Positions 54,627-64,000 of a stretch of 64,000 bases of DNA are shown here, piece after piece. How positions within the stretch are numbered: position 1 is the stretch's first letter; every line of letters starts with the position of its first letter. The notes under the pieces were generated by a model. The model ran no database searches and was not told the DNA's origin. It saw nothing but the letters and a program-made list of their open reading frames with translations. The stretch comes from an uncultured Clostridia bacterium (GTDB taxonomy: Bacteria > Acidobacteriota > Aminicenantia > JAMOAD01): the NCBI GenBank assembly GCA_964634755.1, contig CAZWJH010000003.1, positions 2,328 through 66,327 of the forward strand, given 5' to 3'. The position numbers were made by a program, and so were the translations under genes.

Positions 54627-55443
54627 TCTTTACCTCCTTTTTATACAAGATAACATTGGGATAATGAACCATAACAAATTTACTGCTAACATTATATATC
54701 GACTCACTCCTACCCAAAATCAAATAGCCATTATCTTTTAAAGACTCGTAGAATAGATTCACAGCTCTCCTCTTATACTCTATTCCAAAATATATTAGCA
54801 CATTTCTGCTTAAAATTAAATCACTGCCTGCCATAATTTCATAAGCTTTGGGGTCAAAAATACTTAAATTGTAAAAGCTAACATTTTCTCTTATTTTATC
54901 ATTGATTTTATACTCACCATTATTTTTTACAAAATATTTATCAACTGCACTTTTATCAATAGCTCTCAATGAAAAGTGTCTGTAAACTCCTTTTTTAGCT
55001 TTTTCAATAACATTTGAATCAATGTCAAAGGCTGATATCTTCAACTTTTCAACTAAACTGGGATACTTTTCCCTAACCAAAATAGAAATGCTATAAGGTT
55101 CTTCGCCAGAAGAACATGCAGCAGAAACGATCTTTATTTTTGAGAAATTATCATAGTCAAAGCCAATAATCTTTGAAAAATATGTGTCAATAACATTTAT
55201 CTCTCGCATAAAATAAGTTTCATTTATGGTTATTTCATCTATCAAATGCTGAATTTCCTTTAAGTTGGTTTTAAGTAAATTTAAATAATCCTTCAATGAA
55301 TAAATTTTAAGCTTATCAAGACGGTTCTCAAGCTTAATTCTTAAATAATCAAATTTTTTCTCTTTAAAATATAACCCACTTCTTTTATACAAAAAAAGCT
55401 GTAGCTCTTTTAAGTCTTTGTATTCAATCTTATAAACATTCAA
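54616..55443 (-). CDS. cheR: chemotaxis protein methyltransferase CheR
   Basis: N-terminal CheR helical domain. ETYFMRE motif. SAACSSGEEPYSI SAM-binding region. Confidence 0.8.
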   Translation of the reverse strand: MNVYKIEYKDLKELQLFLYKRSGLYFKEKKFDYLRIKLENRLDKLKIYSLKDYLNLLKTNLKEIQHLIDEITINETYFMREINVIDTYFSKIIGFDYDNFSKIKIVSAACSSGEEPYSISILVREKYPSLVEKLKISAFDIDSNVIEKAKKGVYRHFSLRAIDKSAVDKYFVKNNGEYKINDKIRENVSFYNLSIFDPKAYEIMAGSDLILSRNVLIYFGIEYKRRAVNLFYESLKDNGYLILGRSESIYNVSSKFVMVHYPNVILYKKEVKNGS

Positions 55444-55446
55444 TTT

Positions 55447-56328
55447 TTATTTTCCTAATGATCTGATTCTCTCCTCTTTACTTACTATCTCCGTTATCCT
55501 CAAAGCAAAATTTGAATCTACCACAACAACCTCTCCTCTTGCAATTAATTTGTCATTCACAAATAATTCTACAGGTTCGTCCACTACTTTGTCAAGCTGT
55601 ATTATTGAACCTGTCCCCAACTTTAGAATATTTTTTAAATACATTTCTGTTTTCCCGATTCTTATTACAACTGGGAGTTCAACGTCCAAAAGCATTTCAA
55701 TTTTTGAATTAATATCGATAGGTTCCGAAGGACGAATAGACTCTATCTCTCTTCCCTCACTTACATCAACAGGAGACTCATCTGCGTGCTCTCCCTCCAA
55801 ATAATTGCTTAAATCCTTTGTCATGGCAAGGATAAGATTATTACTCTTATCACCTATTTTCACTTCAACATTTGAAAAATCCACTTCATCGGTTTTTATC
55901 TTTTCATACAGTTCTCCCAACTCAACAATACTTGTTTTTGCCTGAGAAAAGTTAAAATCTTTATCAAGCTCACCCTTGAGGCTTATTCCCAGATTGCTTG
56001 CAACTTGATTACCTACTTCAGAAAGTGCGTCAATATCCTCATCTCCTATGGCTTCTTTCTCTTCTTCAACTCCCATAATATAATTGGAAACAAGACCACC
56101 AAATTTTTCCGAGAAAATAAAGTAGAGCTCGCCATCACTTTCCTTATGTTCAAACATAGAAACAACAACTTTCTTATGCCCTCCAAATCTGTTTAAAATA
56201 ACATCCTTTGTAGCCTCTTCAAAATCTCCCACATTGCAATCAACATCTTTCCCTAAAAGCATGGACAATACAGATGTTATAGACTCTTTAACCTGTTTTT
56301 TTAATAATTCATTAACCACTTCATTCAT
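55447..56328 (-). CDS. fliY: flagellar motor switch protein FliY/FliN (CheC-like N-terminus + FliN/SpoA C-terminal domain)
   Basis: C-terminal 80 aa (LKLGTGSIIQLDKVVDEPVELFVNDKLIARGEVVVVDSNFALRITEI) is the FliN domain. N-terminal 200 aa is CheC-like. Confidence 0.75.
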   Translation of the reverse strand: MNEVVNELLKKQVKESITSVLSMLLGKDVDCNVGDFEEATKDVILNRFGGHKKVVVSMFEHKESDGELYFIFSEKFGGLVSNYIMGVEEEKEAIGDEDIDALSEVGNQVASNLGISLKGELDKDFNFSQAKTSIVELGELYEKIKTDEVDFSNVEVKIGDKSNNLILAMTKDLSNYLEGEHADESPVDVSEGREIESIRPSEPIDINSKIEMLLDVELPVVIRIGKTEMYLKNILKLGTGSIIQLDKVVDEPVELFVNDKLIARGEVVVVDSNFALRITEIVSKEERIRSLGK

Positions 56329-57331
56329 TTTTAAACCTCTTAATAATAGATTTTATTTTTAAAGCTTTCCTTTCATCCTGAACAAAAAGTGCCCCTACAA
56401 ATTTGGGCTTTCCGGAAATCACTATCAAAGGATTCAGAAAATCCTTTTTTTCTATCATTAAAATATCTCCTCTTTCTAAATTCATTATCTCCTCTAAAGT
56501 TAGTGGTTTTCCTTTTATCTCTCCGTAAACTTCAAAAAGCGCCTCTTTTAATATATCTCTTATCCTGTATATTTCATCTTCCGAATATTTTCTCCTGCCT
56601 GTATACCAATCTTGAGAAAATTTTTGAGCGATTGGCTCTAAGACAATAGATGGGATACAAAAGTTTACCATTCCGGAAGATGCTCCCATTTTTATCTCAA
56701 AAACTATCAATACAACAACTTCGTTTGGAGCAACAATCTGAATCAACTGCGGAGAGGTTTCCTGAGCTGTTATTCTCATATCAAGTTCAATAATCTGCTT
56801 CCAGGCCTCTTTAAGGTCTCTGAGCATTAAATTCAAAACCCCGGTCATCAATTTCACCTCAATTTCCGTTATTGCCCTTGAAGGCCCTTCATGGGGAGCT
56901 CCGGATCCACCAAGCAATTTATCAATAACAGGAAATACAATTGAAGGGCTAACCTCAATAATAGCCCCTATTTCAAGAGGGCTCATAGAAATTGCATTAA
57001 AAAAAGTTGGGTCAGGTAAGGATAAGACAAATTCAGCATAAGTTAACTGTTCAACAGATACAAGGTTAACTTCAACCAAAGCCCGAAGATAAGCAGAAAG
57101 AGAAGATGAAAAATTCCTTGCAAATCTATCATGTAAATAGTGTATTGATCTTATCTGATCTTTAGAAATTCTATCCGGCCTTCTGAAATTATATATAGTA
57201 CCCTTTTTCTCCTCCCTTTTCGGAGATTTCTTAGGTCTAATTGTAGCGACACTCTCCTTTCCTCCTTTTTCCTCTTCCAAAAAGGAATTTAAAAGAGCAT
57301 CAACTTCTTCCTGGGAAAGTATTTTAGCCAT
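56321..57331 (-). CDS. fliM: flagellar motor switch protein FliM
   Basis: MAKILSQEEVDALL N-terminal CheY-P binding peptide (LSQEEIDALL-type). Middle CheC-like domain. C-terminal FliN-like domain. Confidence 0.8.
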   Translation of the reverse strand: MAKILSQEEVDALLNSFLEEEKGGKESVATIRPKKSPKREEKKGTIYNFRRPDRISKDQIRSIHYLHDRFARNFSSSLSAYLRALVEVNLVSVEQLTYAEFVLSLPDPTFFNAISMSPLEIGAIIEVSPSIVFPVIDKLLGGSGAPHEGPSRAITEIEVKLMTGVLNLMLRDLKEAWKQIIELDMRITAQETSPQLIQIVAPNEVVVLIVFEIKMGASSGMVNFCIPSIVLEPIAQKFSQDWYTGRRKYSEDEIYRIRDILKEALFEVYGEIKGKPLTLEEIMNLERGDILMIEKKDFLNPLIVISGKPKFVGALFVQDERKALKIKSIIKRFKNE

Positions 57332-58068
57332 TATTTCCCTCCTTTTCTTGCTTTAAAAAATTCATCTATTTTAGCTCTTAGTCTCATTATAGCCTGTGCT
57401 CTTAACTGTGACACTCTTGATTCCGTAATATTCATAACCCCTCCTATTTCTTTTTGATTCAAATCATCATAATAATACAAAGAGATAAGCAACTTCTCTC
57501 TTTCAGGAAGCTCAGAAATTGCTCCTTTAAGAGCCTCTCTAAGTTCTTTATAAGTAATTTTAGCCTCAGGAGAATCCTCTCTTTCATCTTCAAGATAATA
57601 AAGTACAAGCTCCTCACCACTTTCTCCCTTCTCACCAGAAGCATAAAAACTACCAATTTTATTTCCCCTGTATCTATAAAGGAGCTCTCTTAATTTTTCA
57701 ACATTAATGCCTAAATATTTAGCAACCTGCTCCTCCGTAGGAGGCTTCCCATTTTTCTTTTCAAGTTCAAGATATGCTCTCTCAATTTCTTTTTTTCTTT
57801 CTCTTGCTGATCTTGGAAGCCAATCCAATTTTCTTAGTTCATCAAGAATAGCCCCCCTAATCCTTATTGAGGCATAACTTTCAAACTTTAAACCAAAACT
57901 CTTATCATACTTTTTTATTGCATCTATTAATCCTAAAACCCCCGTGTTTATTAAATCATCAAGCTCAATGCTTTTAGGCAAAGTGCCATAAATTTTTATA
58001 GCAATATTCTTAACCAAAGGGAGGTTTTTCATAATAAGCTCTTCAAAATTACTATTTTTCACTTTCAC
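57331..58068 (-). CDS. fliA: flagellar sigma factor FliA (sigma-28)
   Basis: Sigma-70 regions 2/3/4. YASIRIRGAILDELRKLDWLPRS (region 2.4-3). C-terminal HTH. Embedded in the flagellar operon after flhG. Confidence 0.8.
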   Translation of the reverse strand: MKVKNSNFEELIMKNLPLVKNIAIKIYGTLPKSIELDDLINTGVLGLIDAIKKYDKSFGLKFESYASIRIRGAILDELRKLDWLPRSARERKKEIERAYLELEKKNGKPPTEEQVAKYLGINVEKLRELLYRYRGNKIGSFYASGEKGESGEELVLYYLEDEREDSPEAKITYKELREALKGAISELPEREKLLISLYYYDDLNQKEIGGVMNITESRVSQLRAQAIMRLRAKIDEFFKARKGGK

Positions 58069-58924
58069 TAAAACTCAGCATTTTCTTCCATGTTTCAGCA
58101 TTATTATCCTCACTTTTTCTCCAAGTAAGCTTATTGAGGACAATTCTTGACAAATTAGAGAAAGCCCTGCTGATTTCACTTTCAGGAAATGCTTCTGTAA
58201 CAGCCCTTTGCATCTTTACAGCTTCAGCAACAGCTTTATCATAGGGAAGAAATCCTAGCAAATTTATCTCTCTTCCGAGAAACCTATCAACAGCATTTTT
58301 AAGCTGATTATAAACCTTTTCTCCCTCTTCCTGCGTTTTCACACTGTTTACTATAACCGAAATTGGTTTTTCCATATCATATTTTGACACTACCTTAACA
58401 ACCGCATAAGCATCTACAATAGAGGTAGGTTCTAAGTTAGTAACCAAAATAATTTCCTCAGAGCTCATTAGAAAGCTTAAAACAAGGTCGGATATACCTG
58501 CTGCTGTATCAATTAAAAGTATATCCGTAAACTTTTCTATATTTGAAAGCTCCTGTATTAATCGCTCTTCCTGATATGGATCAAGATTGGTTATTTCCTG
58601 AATACCGGAAGAAGCAGGGATAATTTTTATACCTTCCGGACCATCAACCATAATTTTTTCTATGGGTAAATTATCTGAAATAAGGTTAACAATATTATAT
58701 TTTGGAGTTAATCCTAAAAGAATATCTATATTGGCAAGACCTAAATCAGCATCAAAAATAGTAACTTTCTTTTTTCTTCTCTGAAGAGCTATAGCAAGAT
58801 TAATCACTACATTAGTTTTTCCCACTCCTCCTTTTCCTGATGTTATTGCAATTTTTTTCATAACTGCTCCACTCCTTTTAATTCTTTCCTTTTTAATTTT
58901 TCTAAGAGTTTCTGCCTGATCCAT
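58052..58924 (-). CDS. flhG: flagellar number regulator FlhG (MinD-like ATPase, YlxH/FleN)
   Basis: Deviant Walker A KIAITSGKGGVGKTNVVINLA. MinD/ParA fold. Confidence 0.8.
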   Translation of the reverse strand: MDQAETLRKIKKERIKRSGAVMKKIAITSGKGGVGKTNVVINLAIALQRRKKKVTIFDADLGLANIDILLGLTPKYNIVNLISDNLPIEKIMVDGPEGIKIIPASSGIQEITNLDPYQEERLIQELSNIEKFTDILLIDTAAGISDLVLSFLMSSEEIILVTNLEPTSIVDAYAVVKVVSKYDMEKPISVIVNSVKTQEEGEKVYNQLKNAVDRFLGREINLLGFLPYDKAVAEAVKMQRAVTEAFPESEISRAFSNLSRIVLNKLTWRKSEDNNAETWKKMLSFSESEK

Positions 58925-60059
58925 TTTTCACTCTCCTTAATAAAAGATTAGTTAATTTTTCGGGAGAGGCGACCTCAATATCTTGAGGAACCTTCTGCCC
59001 TGTGGTAAAATAAGAGAGAGGTAAGCCCTTTTTCACCAATGTATTAAAGACATTACCAAAACTTAATGTTTCATCCATTTTTGTAAAAATTATTGATTGA
59101 GGCTTCATAATTTTATATTTTTTAACAACATCTATTAAATCTTCGCTTTTAGTTGTAGCTGAAAGAACAAGAAGTTTTTTAATTTTTTCCTCTCCCAAAA
59201 TTTCATGATCCCTCTTAACACTCTCTTCAGAGATTCTTTTTCCCACAGTATCAACGAATATCAAATCATAGTCATTAAACATCTGAATGTATTTATCTAA
59301 CTCTTCTCTATTATAAGCGAGAGCAAAAGGAATACCAATTAAAGAAGCATAAGTCTTCAACTGCTCGGGAGCTGCAATTCTGTAGCTATCTATAGAAATT
59401 AAAGCTACCCTCTTTTGCTGAGCAAGATAAAAATAAGCTGAAAGTTTGGCAATAGTAGTGGTTTTCCCCACTCCGGTAGGGCCTATAAGAGCAATTATTC
59501 TATCTTTATTGCTATCTATTAATTTTATATCAGAGATAGAGCTGAATATTATTTTCCAAAGATATGCCTTTATCTTTTCAATATCACTCTGAAATTTTAA
59601 AGGAACTTGGTATTCAAGAACTTTAACTAACTTTGAAGCAACATCTCCTAAAATTCCTTCTTCAAGCAATTTAGTAAAGATATCGTAAAAAACTCCTTCA
59701 AATTCTATTGTCCTCTTAGGAGAAGAAAACTTTTCAGATATGATTCTTTTCAATTCCTCTATTTCTTTCTTTATGGGCAAAATCTCACTCTCTCTATAAT
59801 TGAGTTTTTCAATTAACTCTTTTAATTCTTTACTGCCCGTTTTCTCTTTTGCATCTGGGATATTAATATTAGAAGGAGATGCTCTGAAAGTAGACGAAGA
59901 AGGATCTTTTTCCACTGCAGCTATTACTTCTATAAACTTTTCTCCATTTTCATTTATCTGTCTATCAGAGATAATAAAGGCATCTTCACCTAACTCAACT
60001 TTAATTTTTTCCATTGCTTCTCTTATTGTTTTAACCTTAAACTTTTTTAATTGCATCAC
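58902..60059 (-). CDS. flhF: flagellar biosynthesis SRP-like GTPase FlhF
   Basis: G1 GPTGVGKTTT. G3 DTVG. SRP-GTPase I-box region (ISIDSYRIAAPEQL). Confidence 0.8.
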   Translation of the reverse strand: MMQLKKFKVKTIREAMEKIKVELGEDAFIISDRQINENGEKFIEVIAAVEKDPSSSTFRASPSNINIPDAKEKTGSKELKELIEKLNYRESEILPIKKEIEELKRIISEKFSSPKRTIEFEGVFYDIFTKLLEEGILGDVASKLVKVLEYQVPLKFQSDIEKIKAYLWKIIFSSISDIKLIDSNKDRIIALIGPTGVGKTTTIAKLSAYFYLAQQKRVALISIDSYRIAAPEQLKTYASLIGIPFALAYNREELDKYIQMFNDYDLIFVDTVGKRISEESVKRDHEILGEEKIKKLLVLSATTKSEDLIDVVKKYKIMKPQSIIFTKMDETLSFGNVFNTLVKKGLPLSYFTTGQKVPQDIEVASPEKLTNLLLRRVKNGSGRNS

Positions 60060-62128
60060 ACAACCCCCAGAGACATTACTTTAACATATGCAGGAATCTC
60101 CGCAATTGAAAGAACCACTAAATTGGGAATTTCCCTTTCGGTTATTCTCTTTAAATGAAATCTAACTTCGGGAGAGCACAAAATAATAGGCTGTACATTA
60201 AGACCTGAAGCTTCTATTGCTTTTTTAATCCTATTAATTATCTCCTGGATAGTCTCAGGAGAGATAAAAAGTTGAGCCACTCCTTGAGATCTATCAATAC
60301 TCTTTTGTATTATCTCCTCTATATCCTGACCTAACACTAGTACGGGGAGTTCATTGTTTTGTGTTAAGTACGGAGAAATCAGGGATCTTGAAAGAGCCTG
60401 TCTTACAAATTCTGTCAATTGATTCAGATCCCTAATTGTAGGAGCATAATCTGCAAGAGTTTCTAAAATAGTAAGCATATCCCTTATTGAAACATTTTCT
60501 TTCAAAAGATTCTGCAAAATCTTATGGACCTGACCAACTGAAAGTATTTTCGGAATAAGCTCTTCAACAACCTTAGGATAACTTTCACCTACCATATCAA
60601 CTAATTTTTGAGTATCCTGCCTTGTTATTATTTCAGCGGCATGTTTCTTAATAACCTCTTTTATATGGGTAGAAATTACAGTTGAAGGGTCAACAACCGT
60701 ATAGCCTAAAAATTGAGCTTGTTCTTTATCTTTTTCATCTATCCAATAGGAAGTCAATCCGAAAGCAGGATCTTTTGTTTCAATTCCTTTGATTTTCTCT
60801 TTTGCATTGCCAGGATTAATTGCAAGAAACATTGTTGGATAAACCTCTCCCTTAGCAATAGAAACATTCTTAAGTAAAATTTGATATTCTCTCGGCCCAA
60901 GTCTTAAATTATCCCTGATTCTTATGGAAGGAACAATTATACCAAGCTCAAGAGCAATCTGCTTTCTCGTGGTTTTTATTCTCTTTAAAAGAGGAGCATC
61001 ATTAGCTTGATCAACTAATGGAATTAAAGAATATCCCACTTCAATTCCTAATATATCAACTTTCAATAATTGCTCTATTCTTTCAGGAGGAGCTATTGCC
61101 TTTCTTTTTCTCTCCTCTTCTTCTATTATAATTTCTTCTTTCTCTTTCTTTTCTCTTGACAATCTGTATGCAAGATAACCAAAAAATCCGGAAATTATAA
61201 AAAAAGGTAGCTTTGGCAAACCGGGAACAAGCCCTAAAATAAAAAGAGAAATCGCTCCAAATGCTATTGGTTTTATATTAAAAAAGACCTGTTTAGTAAT
61301 ATCGCTTCCGAGATTTGATTCTGCTGCAGCTCTTGTTGCGACAAGACCACCTGAAATTGAGATTAAAAGAGATGGAATTGCAGAAACAAGACCATCTCCA
61401 ATAGTAAGAATAGTATATGTTTTTACCGCAACAGAGGCACTCATTCCCTTTTGCAAAATTCCAATCAAAAGACCTCCAATTACATTAATAAATGTAATAA
61501 CAATAGAAACAAGGGCCTCTCTTGCAGTAAATCTTATTGCACCATCCATAGCTCCGTAAAACTCAGCTTCCCTTCTTATCATCTCTCTTCTCTCTTTTGC
61601 TTCATCCTCTGTAATCAAACCTGAATTCAAATCAGCATCAATGCTAAGTTGCTTCCCCGGCATTGCATCCAAAACAAAACGGGCAGAAACCTCACTTGCT
61701 CTTACTGCTCCGTGAGCTACCACCAAATATTGAATGGCAATAATAACAATAAAGACAACAATACCTACTACATAATTACCACCAACAACAAATTTACCGA
61801 AAGCAGCAATAACATGCCCTGCGGCAGTGATTCCCTGCTCCCCTTTTAATAGAATAAGCCTTGTAGTTGATATATTAAGTGCCAACCTGTAAAGAGTGGC
61901 CAAAAGAAGTAAAGAAGGGAAAACTGAAAAGCCAACTGGTTCCGTCAGATATGTTGTAATCATAAGGATTGAAACAGCTAAAGTTATATTTAAAGAAAGA
62001 AAAATATCCAAAAATGAAGAAGGTAAGGGAACAAGTATTAAGAGCAAAATGGAGATAACAATTATTGGAGCAACCATATGAGATTTTGTATTTAAGAATT
62101 TATCCAAAACAAGAGTCTCACCGGGCAT
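60056..62128 (-). CDS. flhA: flagellar type III secretion export protein FlhA
   Basis: 690 aa. N-terminal 8 TM helices with the conserved FHIpx-family FlhA motifs (e.g. GDGLVSAIPSLLIS). Large cytoplasmic C-terminal domain. Confidence 0.9.
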   Translation of the reverse strand: MPGETLVLDKFLNTKSHMVAPIIVISILLLILVPLPSSFLDIFLSLNITLAVSILMITTYLTEPVGFSVFPSLLLLATLYRLALNISTTRLILLKGEQGITAAGHVIAAFGKFVVGGNYVVGIVVFIVIIAIQYLVVAHGAVRASEVSARFVLDAMPGKQLSIDADLNSGLITEDEAKERREMIRREAEFYGAMDGAIRFTAREALVSIVITFINVIGGLLIGILQKGMSASVAVKTYTILTIGDGLVSAIPSLLISISGGLVATRAAAESNLGSDITKQVFFNIKPIAFGAISLFILGLVPGLPKLPFFIISGFFGYLAYRLSREKKEKEEIIIEEEERKRKAIAPPERIEQLLKVDILGIEVGYSLIPLVDQANDAPLLKRIKTTRKQIALELGIIVPSIRIRDNLRLGPREYQILLKNVSIAKGEVYPTMFLAINPGNAKEKIKGIETKDPAFGLTSYWIDEKDKEQAQFLGYTVVDPSTVISTHIKEVIKKHAAEIITRQDTQKLVDMVGESYPKVVEELIPKILSVGQVHKILQNLLKENVSIRDMLTILETLADYAPTIRDLNQLTEFVRQALSRSLISPYLTQNNELPVLVLGQDIEEIIQKSIDRSQGVAQLFISPETIQEIINRIKKAIEASGLNVQPIILCSPEVRFHLKRITEREIPNLVVLSIAEIPAYVKVMSLGVV

Positions 62129-63192
62129 TAAAATCTCCTCCCTTTCAATTTGAACACATAAGCTAAAACTTCAGCAACAGCTTGATAAAGCTCCATAGGA
62201 ATCGGATCTCCTATCTCAACATCTTTGTAAATTCTCCTTGCAAGTGGCGGATTTTCAACTATCGGGACATCATTTTCCTTTGCTACGCTTTTTATCTTAA
62301 GAGCAATGTAATCAGCTCCTTTAGCAACAACCTCAGGTGCTTGCATTTTATCTTTATCGTATTTCAAAGCAACCGCATAATGTTCAGGGTTTGTAATTAC
62401 AACATCAGCTTTAGGGACTTCCTGCATCATTCTTTTCATAGCATAACTGTACTGAATATTTCTAATCCTTCCTTTAATCTGAGGATTCCCTTCGTATTGT
62501 TTAAACTCCTCTTTCACTTCCTGTTTACTCATTTTCAAATTTTCCATATAATCATATCTTTGATAAATGTAATCAAAAATAGATAAAAAGAGGATAAATA
62601 TTGCTACTTTAAAAGATATAGAGAAAGCCACTTCTCCGATATTCCTCAAAATCACCTCAAAGGGTTTTTGAGAAAGAAAAATCAATTTATCAAGATTTCC
62701 CTTAATAGTAGTATAAGAAATCCATGCAATAACAATTATTTTAATAAAATTCTTCAAAAGCTCAACCAATGTTCCACGAGAAGCTATTATCTTTTTAAAT
62801 CCTTTGAAAAAATTCAATCTTTCAAAATTCCATGATAATCTTTTAAAAGTAAACTTAAATCCTCCCTGAGATACTGTAGTTATCACACTAACAGCAAGAA
62901 AGAAAACAGAAATAGGAATCATTATTATAACGAAAATCTTAAGAGCAACTCCCATAAGATGAATAAAATTTGTAATATCGAGCCTAAAATAGGGAGCAAC
63001 AGAGTAAAAATATCTAAAAGAATCAATAATAGTTCTCCCAACAAAAGGCAAATAATAAATCATTGAAATAGCCAACATTAAAAGAATAAATCCCTCATTA
63101 ATCTCCTTAGAACGAGGTATATTTCCTTCTCTCCTTGCTTTTTGTAAACGCCAATGCGTCGGCTTTTCTGTCTTATCTCCCTTATCTGCCAT
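62128..63192 (-). CDS. flhB: flagellar export protein FlhB
   Basis: N-terminus DKTEKPTHWRLQKARREGNIPRSKE. 4 TM. NPEH autocleavage motif (VITNPEHYAVAL). Confidence 0.85.
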   Translation of the reverse strand: MADKGDKTEKPTHWRLQKARREGNIPRSKEINEGFILLMLAISMIYYLPFVGRTIIDSFRYFYSVAPYFRLDITNFIHLMGVALKIFVIIMIPISVFFLAVSVITTVSQGGFKFTFKRLSWNFERLNFFKGFKKIIASRGTLVELLKNFIKIIVIAWISYTTIKGNLDKLIFLSQKPFEVILRNIGEVAFSISFKVAIFILFLSIFDYIYQRYDYMENLKMSKQEVKEEFKQYEGNPQIKGRIRNIQYSYAMKRMMQEVPKADVVITNPEHYAVALKYDKDKMQAPEVVAKGADYIALKIKSVAKENDVPIVENPPLARRIYKDVEIGDPIPMELYQAVAEVLAYVFKLKGRRF

Positions 63193-63193
63193 T

Positions 63194-63970
63194 TTACTTC
63201 ACATATAAAAATATTTTAGAAATTACAGCAGGTAAATTTTTAACTTCACTTTTCCAAAGGGTGAAAGATATTGTAAAAATAACTGAAAGAGCAATTAATC
63301 CGAAAACAATCTTAAGAGGGAAACCTACAAAAATAATTTGAACCTTAGGGGAAACCTTACCTATAAAGCCCAATGTTATATCAACCAAGAGGACTGTAGC
63401 AATAGCGGGAGCACCTATTCTAATAGCTATAACAAATATATGCTTAACTAAACTAACAATGTATTCTAAAATTGAAAATTTGATCATTGAAATGCCGGGG
63501 GGTAAGAAAACAAAGCTCTCTTTCATTCCCCAAATAAAATAATAGTGACCATTTAAAACAAGAAAGAGAGTTGTTGCAAAAACAAAAGAAAAAATAGTAA
63601 GGATATTATTATTCATCTTGCTCATAGGATCAACCATTGTTGCCATGGTAAAACCTATTTGATATCCTAAAAGCTCTCCCATAATAACCACACTCATAAA
63701 CAAAAGATTAACAACGAAACCTATGATAATCCCTATCATTATTTCCTTAAAAATTAGAAAAGTAAGGGAAAAGAGTTTTGCAGGTATTATCCACTTTTCA
63801 TAAGGAATTAGAGGAAAAACTATAATAGCAAGAAAAAGAGCAAAAGTTACTTTAACTTTATTGCTAACGGAAGGATTTGAAAAATAGGGTATGACCGAAA
63901 TAAAAGCAATCATTCTTATCAGGACAAGTAAAAATTGCTTCCAATAAAATAAATCAAGAACTTTTAACAT
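63194..63970 (-). CDS. fliR: flagellar export protein FliR
   Basis: 258-aa, 6-TM protein immediately upstream of flhB in the conserved fliPQR-flhBA order. Confidence 0.75.
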   Translation of the reverse strand: MLKVLDLFYWKQFLLVLIRMIAFISVIPYFSNPSVSNKVKVTFALFLAIIVFPLIPYEKWIIPAKLFSLTFLIFKEIMIGIIIGFVVNLLFMSVVIMGELLGYQIGFTMATMVDPMSKMNNNILTIFSFVFATTLFLVLNGHYYFIWGMKESFVFLPPGISMIKFSILEYIVSLVKHIFVIAIRIGAPAIATVLLVDITLGFIGKVSPKVQIIFVGFPLKIVFGLIALSVIFTISFTLWKSEVKNLPAVISKIFLYVK

Positions 63971-64000
63971 TTACCCTCTTATAAAATATGGTATGTTATT

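Noticed and set aside
1-64000. Visual search for CRISPR repeat-spacer arrays, transposase/IS elements, phage structural genes and toxin-antitoxin pairs
   Set aside because: No regularly spaced direct repeats of 25-40 nt and no transposase, integrase or phage-like ORFs were seen. Intergenic regions are short. A computational repeat finder should confirm this.

Overview
This is an AT-rich (about 30% GC) bacterial chromosomal window. The GC-rich tRNA stems, the K/E/I-rich proteins and the anaerobe-type gene content suggest a thermophilic or anaerobic lineage. Its genes are densely packed and mostly housekeeping or envelope functions.

Left part: a stand-alone cas6 next to a tRNA-Pro(TGG)/tRNA-Arg(TCT) pair, then a FAH-family hydrolase, an ion transporter, a DUF4097-like repeat protein, an amidohydrolase, and an envelope cluster (SGNH/GDSL hydrolase fused to a TolB-like beta-propeller, a flippase-like membrane protein, a secreted hypothetical). 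Next come a Zn-ribbon SAM methyltransferase, a UbiA-family prenyltransferase, a BFN-domain bifunctional nuclease, ogt, an ECF sigma / anti-sigma / HtrA-like module, and secreted C1 and M1 peptidases.

Middle: a glycosylglycerate-type compatible-solute cluster (two GT-A glycosyltransferases plus an MpgP-like HAD phosphatase). Beside it is an unusual operon of three NifX/NafY-like (PF02579) proteins, two of which carry Gly/Arg/aromatic repeat tails, a small Gly-Arg-Tyr-rich protein and a Nox/CoADR-like flavoprotein. A sigma-54 activator with its own -24/-12 promoter lies divergent to this operon. After these come a GGDEF diguanylate cyclase gene broken by homopolymer frameshifts, a MenA-like prenyltransferase, truA, a LOG-family protein, an NlpC/P60 peptidase and a RodZ-like protein. 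The rest of the central region holds a permease, alaX, a split acyltransferase-3 gene, mltG, ruvX, ddl, a PilZ protein, a C69 dipeptidase, a class-III aminotransferase, a histidine phosphatase, a Xer recombinase, a large DUF5916/CBM9-like secreted protein and a nucleoside deaminase. A WYL-domain regulator with a structured upstream region, a MerR-like protein, tRNA-Pro(GGG), surE and a YqaA-like protein follow.

Right end: a minus-strand flagellar/chemotaxis operon in the order fliR-flhB-flhA-flhF-flhG-fliA-fliM-fliY-cheR-HDOD-HDOD-cheB.

I saw no CRISPR array, transposase or phage genes. The most interesting candidate system is the sigma-54-associated NifX-like / Gly-Arg-repeat / flavoprotein operon.
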